NCBI GenBank assembly: GCA_951406725.2
Contig: OX597820.1
Location: 36,828,001-36,892,000 of the forward strand
Source: Octopus vulgaris
Lineage: Eukaryota
Length of the DNA: 64,000 nt
Direction of reading: 5' to 3'
Every line of letters begins with the position of its first letter. Position 1 is the first letter of the stretch. This document shows, one piece after another, positions 1-12,454 of the stretch. Below the pieces are notes generated by a model that worked only from the letters and a program-made list of their open reading frames with translations, was not told where the DNA came from and did not search any database. The translations under genes were made by a program, and so were the position numbers.

Positions 1-299
1 AACACTTTGGAAGAACAAAACATATCGGGACTCAGAACAAACTGATATGATTGAAAAGAGATTTAATGACAACAGACAAAAAACAGGATTTGTTATTAAT
101 TGTGACAATCTGTCACAAATGATACTTGAAAGTTACTATGCTTAATGTTTGGTAAATAGTTTCTGAAACTGAATGTCGTTAATATTTAAATTCAATCGAG
201 TTTAAGCCTGAATGTAAATAACAACTGACTACCAATAGATCATAATATGGATTGTTACAACAGAGGCTTTTTGTACTAGAAATATTAAAATAATTAACA

Positions 300-710
300 A
301 CTGACAAAGCATCAACTTAATGTTTTATCTGTCTCTCAGTATTTGGGGAGATAATCATATACAAGGAGATATGTAGAGATATAATATACTCACTATATGT
401 TCAGTCAAGAAATTCCACTGATTTCACAGAACCTTAGCGATAAACTTTAATGCAAACCTAATTCATCAAATCTTCAGCCGTGTTTTCGTAAAAAAAAGAC
501 TTTTTTTCTCATTATTTTGTGTTGTAACACCGAGTGATGGTCTGATCTGTGTATGTATATATATATATATATATAAAGAGAGAGAGAGAGAGATGATATA
601 CTCAATTTATGTGCAGTCAACCAACTTTATTTTCACAAAATCTACGTGACATACTTTAATACCAACTTAATCCATCAAATCATCAGCCGCACTTTCGTAA
701 AAAAAAAAAA
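300..710 (-). promoter_or_regulatory. Exon 1 / promoter region of a sixth cluster paralog whose coding exon lies left of the window
   Basis: Same blocks as upstream of the other paralogs: aatgtaaataaca (211), donor-position atcaacttaa (311-320) and two copies of the CAGCCG..TTTCGTAAAA motif (475, 684) inside a ~115-bp duplication (383-497 vs 596-710). Confidence 0.6.
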
Positions 711-934
711 GATGCATCTCTATTTTAAACTTTCTTCTATTTGCTTTTTATTTATTTATTTTTCTCTCTTCCCATTCTCTGTGTGTTATCTTCCTTTATT
801 GGGAAATTGTACGTAAATTCTATTTTTGTATATTAGCTACATGAACGATGTTATCAAATGTTTTCTAAAATGAATGCACATACAAGAAAACAGAGCAAGT
901 TGATCAATTCCTTGTGAGTGAATTTGACAGATGA

Positions 935-1100
935 TAACTGCGGAAGGCCATTGTATATGTGTGCCAGCCATTTAGGTTTGTTTATGCCCCTATAATCTAG
1001 CAGTTTTACACCGATAAAATACTAATTAGACTTGGAAAATAAGAACTGGGGGCAATTTGGTCAATTTAACCATTTAGGGCAGTACTCCATCATGGCCGTT
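935..1100 (+). mobile_element. Degenerate 3' half of a tRNA-derived SINE
   Basis: aataagaactgggg...gcagtactccatcatggcc resembles the 3' part of the intact copies at 30706 and 47006. Confidence 0.5.
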
Positions 1101-2340
1101 GACAATCTGGTGTGTTTGTTTGCCAACCCAGGCTTCGCTGCTCATCAAGCTGAGAAGAGTAAATTATCGACCACTCTCTGACTGATTTGTAGTCCAGCCT
1201 GTGGGTGTAGAACCTTCAGCCTACATACCTGCTCTTGGAGCAGAGATGGCTATCTACAAATGCGAACCCTGTGAGTCGGAGTGACTGTTCCAGTGTGTCA
1301 CCCTCACCATCCTCCTGGGCAATACCTTTTCTATTTTGTCCACCAGGACCATGAGGCAGACTGACAAGTTTTATGTCTTATAAACATAGCAACAAAAATG
1401 ACATTAAATAAAAACCAAGTTTATATACAACTGTTTGTCTGGTTATCTATGACTGAGATGTACGCTATGACTGTACGCTAAATTCTTAGAATTCCTGAGC
1501 CTCCCTCCCAACCGGTTTGCCTCCCCTTACCAAAAGGGTGGTGTACGTGGATACTATTTCAAGTCCATATAAGGAAATATTATTGCATCATCATTTTTTA
1601 AAGAAATAAGATTAATCACCATGCAATGACTAAGGAAGATAGTCTGATAAAGGGGCATATAAGCTCTTCACTGAAAAAAGACTTTCCCATCCGATATATA
1701 TATATATATCCTTCTGGTGCAAATGGTTTTTTATATGGCACTGTTTTTACAATCCTTTATATAATAATGGTATTTTTATATTGGCTTAAAGCTTATGGCG
1801 ATCAGCGTGCAATGACTAAGGAAAATGGTCTAATAAAGGGGCATATAAGCTCTCAACAAAAAAAAAAGAAAGCTTTCCTATCTGCTGCTTTGGCATGGTT
1901 TCTATGTCAACCATTTTACAAAGTGTACAGGAGGCTTTTTATGTGGCACCAGCACCAGTAGAGGCACCAAGTAACTTGCAAGATGAATACTTATTAACAG
2001 GGAGAAGGAGTGAAAGATTAGAGAATAATAGAAGGACAGAGATAAGAGACTTACTATGAAGAAGAGATAGGGAGAAAGATAGAGACAGTCAGATTGAGAG
2101 AGAGGGAGAGATAGGGAGAAATAGATGGTGTTGAAGATACATTGGGATCTACCTGTAAGTATAAGTGGTACAAAGGGGATAGAAAGGGATGCTCCATAAG
2201 AGTGTGAGAGGAGCAGCATGGAAGACAGATTTTAAATGATGATGATGATGTGCTGGGGCTAAATTTGACAGTTTGCATGAGAGGAAAAGAAAACATAATA
2301 TTCTATCAAAAAAATAAAAGTACTTTAAAAAATAACAACT

Positions 2341-3135
2341 AGATAACGGTTGGGAGGTGACAGTTTACTCAAAGTAGCCACCCTCAGTTTCTATCACAGC
2401 AGCCACAAGATGGTTCTGGAACATGGTGTACGCATTCTTCAGTGTCTCTGGGAAGATCTTCAAACACCTCCTTGATCTTAGCCACCAGTTCAGCTGTGGT
2501 ATTGAAGGCAGAGCAGTTGGTGTCTTTCTCAACCATGCCCCACACATAGTAATCCATGGGATTACAATTGGAGAATTAGGAGGCTAGAAGTTGGGGCTGA
2601 TAAAGTCATAGAAATTCTCTGACAACCACTTCTGACTCTTTCTGGAGGTATAACAAAGAGCTGAATCTTGCTGCCACACACATGGACTTCCAGCAACAAT
2701 CCTCTCAAGCAGGGATTGACCAGTTTCCAGCAGCTTCATATAACCATCTGAAATGAGCCTAAAGCCCTGATCAAATATGTGGGTATGAATTCCAGTGTGC
2801 AGATGCAATTAGAACGTCTTCTGTGTCCCTTCTTGCTGGCCATGGCTTTGTAGCCTCTGTTGCAGCTGTCCAGGTCTTACAACCTTTACAGAGCACTGAG
2901 CAGCAGTCATGATGTTGGCATTTTTGATACCTGCTGCAAATCATTAAGATACATGTAACTCTTTTTCAATATTCAGATGGCTTCCAATCTCCCATGTCAG
3001 CTAACTTTTTCTTAACTACAACTTTAATCTTTATGCTTTCTAGTGATGTTGATTGTTCACAAATTCATTAAGTTGTTCTTGAAAAAAAAAAAAGTGATAT
3101 AAAAAAAATCATCAAATTTAGCTGAGTACCCTGTA
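2341..3135 (-). mobile_element. Degenerate Tc1/mariner-superfamily transposon fragment
   Basis: Minus-strand translation gives VWQQDSALCYTSRKSQKWL and, past a stop, PPNSPNCNPMDYYVWG (catalytic-domain motifs); TACAGGGT-type terminus near 3135. Confidence 0.75.
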
Positions 3136-3729
3136 TGTGTGTGTGTGTGTGTGAGCTTTTACTAATCAATGCCATACTGTACAAAATAACTAGTTTTATT
3201 TAAAGTAAAGCATTTATATCAAATCATCCTACTTCAAAATACTTCTAATAGAAAGAAATGGTGAAATAGTTTTTATAGATTATTGCAACTTTAATTGAAA
3301 GACAGAAAAATACATTAATCACAAAATAGAACAGTTCATAGCATTAAAATGATGACAAATGTCTGTGTAAACAGAGTGGATATTAAAGTTAATAATTTAA
3401 AAATATATATTTTTGATCATTAATAATCTCATAAAGAGGTCTATAGGTTTATGTAAATTTCCTTTTATAAAACATTAAACTGCTTCATATTTACAATGTT
3501 TTAGCCAAATAAAGTCAAAATGACATGTAAGTCTATATTCAGTTCCATTGCCATGTTGTAGAACATTCTGGAAAGAAGTTTTTAAAAAGTATGTAGCTTA
3601 TGTTTGTCAGAGACAAACATTGTTATGAAAACATAGTTTTTATCCACTTTCTATAATGTTCCCAAAAAATTTCATTGCATTATGCCTCAGAAATTTGCTT
3701 GTGAATTCATGAAATTTTTCAAAATGATT

Positions 3730-4620
3730 CTATTCTTTTACTGTTACTTGTCCATGGGCCTTTTTTTTATGATGTGTCAAACTCCTATTCTCAGAGTAAG
3801 TTTTACCACAAATATCACAATGATATGGTTTTACACCAGTGTGTACAGGTTTGTGACGGTTTAAATTCTGATTGTCAGCATATGATTTGCCACAAATATC
3901 ACAAATGTATGGTCTTTCACCTGTGTGACCACGTATATGAAGTGTTAAATGACCTCTCTGAGAGAAAGATTTACCACAGGTATCACAGCGAAATGGATTC
4001 TCACCTGTGTGAATACGTACATGTTGAGTTAGATGACCATTCTGTGAGAATGTTTTCCCACAGATATCACAGTGGTATGGCTTCTCACCTGTATGGACAC
4101 GTACATGTTGAGTTAGATGACTATTGTCAGAAAACGTTTTACCACAGATTTCACAGTGGTATGGATTGTCACCAGTGTGCACACGTATATGCTTAGTTAA
4201 TGAACTATTGCCAGAAAATGTTTTACCACAAATATCACAATGGTATGGCTTTTCCCCAGTGTGTACACGTATGTGTTGAGTTAAACCACTTCTGTCAGAG
4301 AAATTCTTTCCACAAATATCACAGTTGTATGGTTTCTCACCTGTGTGCATGCGTATGTGTCTAGTTAATCTATTACTGTCACAAAATTTTTTTCCACAGA
4401 TATCACAGTGGTATGGATTATCACCAGCGTGCATGCGTACATGTCTTGTCAATGCACTGTTACCAGAAAATGTTTTTCCACAGGTATCACAAGGGAATGA
4501 CTTTTGTCTTATGTGAACCTGTTTGTGTCGAGTCAAACTATTACAGACAGAGAATGTTTTCCCACATATATCACAGTGATATGGTTTCTCACCTGTGCGA
4601 GTAAGTTTGTGATTAGTCAT
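3730..4620 (-). CDS. C2H2 zinc-finger protein Z1, 10 fingers, no effector domain
   Basis: 296-aa ORF of tandem CxxC...HxxxH fingers with TGEKPY-type linkers; begins MTNHK inside a broken finger. Confidence 0.9.
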   Translation of the reverse strand: MTNHKLTRTGEKPYHCDICGKTFSVCNSLTRHKQVHIRQKSFPCDTCGKTFSGNSALTRHVRMHAGDNPYHCDICGKKFCDSNRLTRHIRMHTGEKPYNCDICGKNFSDRSGLTQHIRVHTGEKPYHCDICGKTFSGNSSLTKHIRVHTGDNPYHCEICGKTFSDNSHLTQHVRVHTGEKPYHCDICGKTFSQNGHLTQHVRIHTGENPFRCDTCGKSFSQRGHLTLHIRGHTGERPYICDICGKSYADNQNLNRHKPVHTGVKPYHCDICGKTYSENRSLTHHKKKAHGQVTVKE

Positions 4621-5230
4621 TTTACCTCCTTCAGAAAATATTTGCTTTCAACGGTATTAATGTATTTGTGTCTATTCAAATTATAAGTGAGAAAATGTTT
4701 CTGCATACCATGCTGATAATTCTTCTCCTAAATATATATATATATATGTGTGTGTATGTATATGTGTGTGTGTGTACAGTTAATTTATCATTCTGCAAGA
4801 AACTTTTCTCATAGATTTCAGTGATATGATTTCTCACCTGAATGAATATATTTGGATTTAGTCAAATACCTTACTGTGTGATTGTTCTACCATAGATATC
4901 ACAGTAGTTTAGCTTTTCACCAGTATGAACATATTTATGCTTGATCAAATTATTGTTGTCAGAGAAAATTTTGGCAAGATTATGCATTGGCAAGCTTTGT
5001 ATTTCTGAACATTTTTACAGAGACAGCTGTTTTTAGCAACTGATGTACTGTGAATCCTAATAGGTTTGAGTTGGCATGAAGTGTTCTATTGTGAATTATA
5101 AAAATTTTAATCTGGTATGAAGTAATTTTTGTTTAAATAAGGCATTAGATGATGTGAATACTTTCTTCCTGATGTTTTTGTGATGTGATTTATTCTGTAC
5201 ACCTACACATAACAGATTCTGTTTGTTACC
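4621..5230 (-). pseudogene. Decayed zinc-finger repeats upstream of the Z1 start codon
   Basis: Finger-like DNA (gatatgatttctcacctgaatgaata, cttttcaccagtatgaac) with stops, indels and a TA/TG microsatellite at ~4731-4777; collinear with the translated N-terminal region of Z3/Z5. Confidence 0.8.
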
Positions 5231-5410
5231 ATGCTTCATGTCTCAGTTGTAATATGTTTACAGTCTTAAATTAAATTTCAAAGTCACTTATTTGAGGTTA
5301 TAAAGAACAGCCACTTGTGTACTTCATAATGTATATCTTGTCTTCAAAACCTGACAGATTTCTTTAAATAAAAGGAATCTATCATTACCATTTCAATGTC
5401 ACCAGAAAAC

Positions 5411-7392
5411 CTGAAATAAAAAATATAAGGTATAAAAGGACAATGAAAAGCTAACATGGAGGTTATTAGAGAAATGGGGCTTGACTAGATTGAATGATAG
5501 AATAATAAGGAAAGAGAAGACATGAAATAAATCATCTAAATTCCTGATCAAAAACTAGTCAGCTATTTTAAGGAGACTTGTTTCTTTTCAGCAATAACAC
5601 AATCAACACTGATAGAAATATCGACCATTTGATTACTTGTATATCCATACATTGTCAATGTGAATGGATAGTTGATCTTCAAATTGAAATAGTTTTATTG
5701 ATTTACTGATTGTTACATATATCTATGCAATAACGTAATTGTAAGGTCTGGATGCTGAACAAATTTAATTGGTTTCTTTTATTCCCCACCACTCCCAACA
5801 AAATATGTTAAAAGTTATTTTGAAAAGCAAAGCTATTGCAACATTTCGTCGTCATTATTATGTCCCTTTAATCAACGAACTTTACAATGAAGTCCGAGAA
5901 CATAGTTTCTGATTTCACTATTAACTTTTATTACAATGACTACGGAACACCGCTTGAGACTGAAATTGATAGAAAGTACTACAGGAGACATTGGACCTTT
6001 GATGTTATAAAGAGGAGTGGTGGTCAGGGAAATGTTGAATGGTGAAGGTGAGAAACATTGGAAGACATTATCAATATAGGGACAGAAAGATGAAAAACCT
6101 CTGATGGAATATATGATACAGGTTGTGATGTGTACAATAATAAAAATGTTGACAACAATAAAAGGCATATTTACATAAGTGTGCCCCGCGCCTCTGACTT
6201 TGTTTCCTCATAACTTTCTAAACAATATCTATTTTTCAATATGTTCTACAAATATGTTTCAGATGGTATAGATTACGATTATATTAGAATTTGTTGCGAA
6301 TTTTTTTCGGGGGTTATTAGAAGAGTTTCAGATAATTTACATGTCCTGACTTTTGTTTCCTCATACGTTTTGATGATGATTACAAATATGTTGAAAAAAA
6401 AACACTTTTGAGGAGTATTCTACTCTTTCCCTTCTGGAATATGTTGAATGAACATTAAAAAAAAAATGAAAATGTCAAGACCTATAGCATACTAAATAGC
6501 CTTACCAATAAATTTACCTCTGATAATTTTGTTTTTCCAAATTATGACGGTATTTCTGGAAATTTTCATTTTATTAGAAAATATTCATTTAGTGAACTCC
6601 AGAAGGGAAAGGGAAAGAAATTGTCAGCTACATTATCATATTTTTAAAACATAGTTGGAATATGCATCATCAGAACGTATGAGGAAACAAAGTCAGGACG
6701 TGTGAAATATCTGCTACCCCAATCAGTTTTTCTTATCTCACATTAAATTCCGATATAATCGTAGTATAAACCATATGAAAGGTATTTGCGCAGTTTCATT
6801 AAAAATATATAAATTTTTCAAAATGTTATGAGGAAGGCCTCACTTGTGCAGCTATGCCCAACAAATATATTTCGGTAGATGCTAAAAAGCGGTATGAAGG
6901 GAACATGGGTCCTGCGAGTCTTTATATATTATACTCAGGAGTTTTACAACAGAACCAATTAAAAATACACATATTCAGCAAATACATGAGATTGCTAAAA
7001 TTTACAAAATATAATTACATATTAGTTTATTTATTTTCTATATCAAGTTTATTAAATGCGTCTGATTAGAGATTTGAAAATTACGAATGGAGCAAACATT
7101 ACTTATTTTTAACAATATTTATGTAAATATTTAACAATATGATGTCTAGCATGTTTGCACTGCTCTTCGAGGATTTTATATTTCATTAAAGTGAATTGTA
7201 AATAAACACATGGAACACGAGATAAACCTATATATTTATAGAGACGTTGAGACCGTGTCGAAACAAACTTCTCTGAATGTTCAAAATATATCAAGGCTCT
7301 CTACAAACTGATTTTATTAAAATAAGATTCTCAAGAGAGAACACTGTGACAATTAATAAACAAATAACTATCGTATATTTAGTTCAACTTAC
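5411..7392 (-). other. Predicted 5'-UTR intron of Z1
   Basis: Minus-strand GTAAGT donor (7387-7392) and pyrimidine-rich TTTCAG acceptor (AG at 5411-5412), both conserved in position and context in all five paralogs. Confidence 0.7.
6164..6858. mobile_element. Foldback/MITE-like element with long imperfect inverted arms
   Basis: Ends ggcatatttacataagtg / cacttgtgcagctatgcc; internal ctgactttgtttcctcata mirrored by tatgaggaaacaaagtcag; second copy at 29555-30375. Confidence 0.75.
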
Positions 7393-8359
7393 TGATATCA
7401 TTCATTCTGTATTTTCCCACAATTTGATGTCATAATATAAAAAGGAGAACAGATCTGTGAGTATTTACACTGATATATATCTTCAATAAATAAACTTGGT
7501 TGATAACATAAAACTTAGTTATATACTTTAATAAGATAAATCCAGGTAGAATGCATCAGAATATACAAGCATAGCCAGGAAAAGAAAAAAAAAACAACGA
7601 AGAGGAGTTGAGAGAATTTCATTACATTGTGAGGAAGAAACAAAAAATAATTCATCAAATTCGTCAAAAACAGAAGAGAGAGAACAGAAAAGGAGAATAG
7701 TATTAAGTCATCTTATGAAATTGAAGCAGAATAACAAATTGCAGAACGGAAGTGTGGAGAACACTGTTTTGCACCCTAAAGAGCGAAAAGCCGAGGAAGA
7801 TAAGCAACTGACTGACTATAAAGATTAAGGAAATGTGTGTGTATGTTGAGTGTGGTGTCCTGAAGTGTGGAGGGTGTGAATAGAGCATAAAGAGAGGGCT
7901 AGATGTAATGTGTGTGAAGATGTGGACGTGCTCGTGCTGGAGTTTATTAGTGTATACAGGGAGAGGTTGCGAAGAGAAAGGTATGGAGGAATGCGCTGTA
8001 ATAACGCGTCGCTGTTTGTGATTCCCAATTTCAGGCGACAACCCTCCAACTCCTGGCTCTGTTTAGTAGTTGCTAGTGAGGGTTTTACGAAGTCGGAGTG
8101 CAAATCAGCAACTTCTTTAAGTCCGTCTTTTACGACACGCAGAGGAAATGTTGGATCTATTCTTTGACATGATGGTCTCCACTCAGCATGAGATGATAGT
8201 AATTTGATAATTAATCTCAGCCTCGATTAGTATGTGTTTAAATTGAGAATGAATTGCTATTACCAATGCAAATGAGAGACAGGAGTTCTGTTTTGTAGCA
8301 TAATGTCACAAAATGAGAGATACAGGCCGGTGTGCCCTGGAGAATTAAAGTAGCAGACT

Positions 8360-8935
8360 ATAATATAATAATGAAATTATTGTATACAGTGCTCAGGTGC
8401 ACCACAACTTGTCAGAAAGTGCGTATAGAGTATATGCAGTAATGTACAAATGTCTGGAAAGCGAACAATGTAAGAATCAGATACATGCTTGTATGTGTAT
8501 GGAGGGGAGAAAATCAGGTGTAGTGTTGGCGAATCTCAGAAAGCATGGAAGTTTTGAAGGATGCAGTGCTCCGACAACTAACAACTGATGCCGGCAGTTT
8601 GTTCCATGCTTCAGCAACTCTCAGTGTGAAAAAATGTTTCCTAAAGTCATGGGAGCTGTGCTGTTTTCTGACTTTGTAAATATGTCCACGGGTGTTAGAC
8701 GGGTGGAGTTTGAAAAGGTGCTCAGAATTATTGTTTGTAAGATGGTTGATAATTTTATGGGTGTCTGCCAAGTCAGCTGCCAGACGTCGGAGTTTCAATG
8801 TGTCCATGCCCAGGGAAGTAAAGCGTTCAGAATATGGCAAATGCCTGATGGAGGGTATTCTTTTGGTTGCACATTGCTGAACAGCTTCCAGACGATTGAT
8901 ATCCTGGGCAAGATAGGGGTTCCAGACCGGCGATG
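8360..8935 (-). mobile_element. 5'-truncated CR1-clade LINE (ORF2 C-terminus and 3' tail)
   Basis: LKLRRLAADL...NTRGHIYKV...FFTLRVAEAWNKLP are CR1 ORF2 C-terminal motifs; the same 3' tail recurs at 33541-33586. Confidence 0.85.
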
Positions 8936-10244
8936 CCTCAGTGATCTGGTTTTGTGTTGGACGCCCAAGAAGTATTCTGTAAATTATATTGAAGAGACTT
9001 CCTTTTGTACCCCCTCCTACTTTTTTTATTCATAGAAACCCCCGTTTTCAGGTACGGAGATTACGAATATGGAAAAAAAATTGGCAAAAATCGGCATTTC
9101 AAAATTTCAATCACCCCACCCTTTCACTTCATTTTTTACTTTTGATAAAACATCATTTTCTCTTGGTTTTATTGAGAAAATTCTATAGTTTGTAAGATAT
9201 TTCATCAGAAATTTCGAGCATTTCGGCAATTTTAACCAATCGATTACCTCCATTGAGCTAAAATCATTTGCTGCATCTAAAACAGAGACAACATCCTGTC
9301 ACTATGACTTAAAACGGTTAGACTCAACAGAAAATCATCCGGTAATTGCCATTTGAATGGAAATGTTGTTTTTGCTATAAAACACATATTGCTAGGTTTG
9401 TACCACCCCCTTGAGACCCAACTACATTCTAGCTGAAAAATATAGAATATCTCATGAGTAATATAAACGTCCTAAATTCAGATGTTACATGTTAAAGTCT
9501 TAAACTTATCTTTATTAACATGTCTTGAATTATACATAGATATACACAAGATTTACACAGATATAAGAGTTAGAACTTGTGATCTACCTGCGGACCTTTT
9601 TCTTTGGAAATTTTTGCCTGCCACACTAAAAAATTTCCCGTATAAGCTTAGTTGGGGGTAAGAATAATGTTTTACAGTATAAAAAACATGCCAACTTTAA
9701 GAAGTTATTGGTGAACGACATGAAGAACCGGTATACATTCATCCATGTCATCAGGAACATGGGTATAGTCTTGCAGCCTCCAAAAGAAACTTATGAAGTT
9801 GCTGGGTTGGCGATGAGATGGCCCGTATGAAAAGTAACCGAGCAACATGTTTCAAGTACCTAGCTCTCATTCAGGGTCGAACAATACACTTTTTCAGGCT
9901 TCCCTATAAATGCTCAGTATTTTGAGTGTGAATTGAAAGGTATTTATATAAAATTTCAGTAAATGATATGGATCTTTACCTTTTGACCAACAGATTTTTT
10001 TAAATAATTTGTTTTTAACTAAACACTTTCAAACTTTGGACACTGGTAGAATGTGTCATATAAAATATCTTTTACTCTTAGCATTTTTGAGAAAAACTTA
10101 TATTTAGGAAGTTATTTCACGTGAAAGGTAATTTCCATGTTGATATTTGCTTATCACTTAAGCTGCCTTTTTATTTTAGTTTATCACATGACATTAAAAC
10201 AAAAGTTTCTCATCCAAGATACATAAGTCAGTGTATGAAATTTT

Positions 10245-10611
10245 ATGAAGAATCGATCAACATCAATGGAAATTGCAGCTGTGATACCAGTGCCGGTGGT
10301 ACGTAAGAGAACCATCCAAACGTGGCCGTTGCCAGCGCTGCCCCGTCTGGCCTCGTGCCGGTGGCACGTAAAAAGCACCATCCGATCGTGGCCGTTTGTC
10401 AGCCTCGTCTGGCACCTTTGCCGGTGGCACATGAAAAGCACCCACTACACTCATGGAGTGGTTGGCGTTAGGAAGGGCATCCAGCCATAGAAACATTGCC
10501 AGATCAGACTGGGCCTGGTGCAGCCTTCTGGCTTCCCAGACCCCAGTTGAACCGTCCAACCCATGCTAGCATGAAAAGCGGGCGCTAAATGATGAGGATG
10601 ATGATGATGAT
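10245..10611 (+). mobile_element. RTE-related SINE / non-autonomous element with (GAT)n tail
   Basis: ggcgttaggaagggcatccagcc core, aacccatgctagcatg end, (gat)n tail, three GGTG..GCACC units. Confidence 0.8.
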
Positions 10612-12260
10612 ATTATCAGGAATAACATCGTTCATCTAACTGTAATTCGATTACGGGAAAATATTTAATTTAATTTATAATTGTTAACAATACACATGTA
10701 TCGTCCTTTGATAGATTAAATAATAGAAATAGTTGAAATATCAGAATGTTAGAATAAGATTTTGTCATCTTAGAAGTATGATAGGCATGACGATTATATT
10801 TTTTTTCTTTTTAATTTGGAGTGGGAGCAGAACTCATTATATTTTCAGACTACCCTAGATTGTTGAGGTTTAGTTTGAGATTTGGCAGTTGATTCAAGTA
10901 AGAAAAATGTGGAGAGACTTGGGAGAAATAGATAGAACAGAATGCTCAATGTTTTGGGTGGATGAAATGGTGTAGGAGGGGAAAGTGCTACATATTTTAC
11001 AAAATATAGAGATATATTCAAACATAAACTGTCTTGTAACTATTATTCAACAACTAGCTGCTACACCAATATTTTCTTCTCTCTCCACTTTACACACCTT
11101 TATCCTTTGCACAACAGTTGATGGTGATGATGATGAGACTGCCTTTTCAAAGGCACCTTCCCGTACTCTGATACACCAAGTATTTAAACATCAACCAATT
11201 TTCATGATTTAAACATTTTAGTTGTTTTACTGATCACCTCTACATTGACCACCACAACTAGTCCCTCGATTCTACTACAGCTATAGTTAACCTAATTCAT
11301 TCGCACTCTACATTCAGCAGCACCATTTTATATACACTTTTCCTCCAATGACATTGTAGTTCACATAAATACATTCTTTTACAATTTTAAGCACTTCACT
11401 CATCATTCATTTGACATAAAATACAAACTGTCATTCCTTCTACCAGCAAGCTACATCTGACGTCTATCATCCAGCCTTGTCTCTATATATTCCTCTGTTA
11501 CTTTCATTCTAATCCAACCAAAACTGTCACTTCTTTTAACAACCCTTATTTACTTCCCTATTTCATCATAATATTTTAAATTGTTAATCTGGGGACCCTG
11601 CTCTAATTATAGAATAAGTAATTAGCTTGCAGCATTAGATCTGTTATCAATGTATAGTAGTCAGTCATTCTATAATTTTCAATCTAAATACATGTTTCTA
11701 ATTCTATTGAGAGACATTTGAGAGACATTTTTCAACATCCATATTCCCCTTTTCCAAGTTATGGCTTTCTTCTCAATCAAAAATAATTTTTTTTCAATTA
11801 TTTTACATTTTGAATGCAATAACTTGAAAGAGTGTGTATTGTAATTAAAATTGGGCTTTTACATTATTGGTTTGGTCTGGAGGTAAACACTACGTATACG
11901 GCTTCTGCAGGCTCTTAGAGACTGGTGAAATTGACATTGTTAACATGTCAACATTGAACAGTTGTGAAAAAATGAGCAGGAAAGAAAGATCTACTCATAC
12001 TGGGTGGAATATTAGGTCGCTCTTGAGTGCTACTGGTAACATGTAATCCAGTACAACCTGTTGCAAGGTCGGGTCGTTGGTGACTAAACTGGCAACCCCA
12101 CCAGGCTTGCTTGGTGAGGAGGGTGTTGTTGGACACTCTGCAGGATGAAAAATAAGACTTGTCAAAGGGCGGATGAACTCCTGAATAGTCAACAAGCATC
12201 CAACAAAATGTCTGTAAATATGTATATACCTTTTTTTTCATGTGTATATGTATATTTTTA

Positions 12261-12292
<32 letters not shown>

Positions 12293-12454
12293 TATTTTAT
12301 GTCTTTTAAGTGCATATCTTTTACTTTTCTTTATACAATATTATTTATATGTAATTCTTATTCACACATAGCACCTTTTTTAATTTTTTATTTGTATTTT
12401 TTTTATATGTATGTATATATATATATATATATATTTACTTATATATATATACTT

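Noticed and set aside
8940-10120. Probable DNA-transposon remnants (also ~41620-42340)
   Set aside because: Repeat-like, but no termini, TSD or protein motif could be supported by eye.
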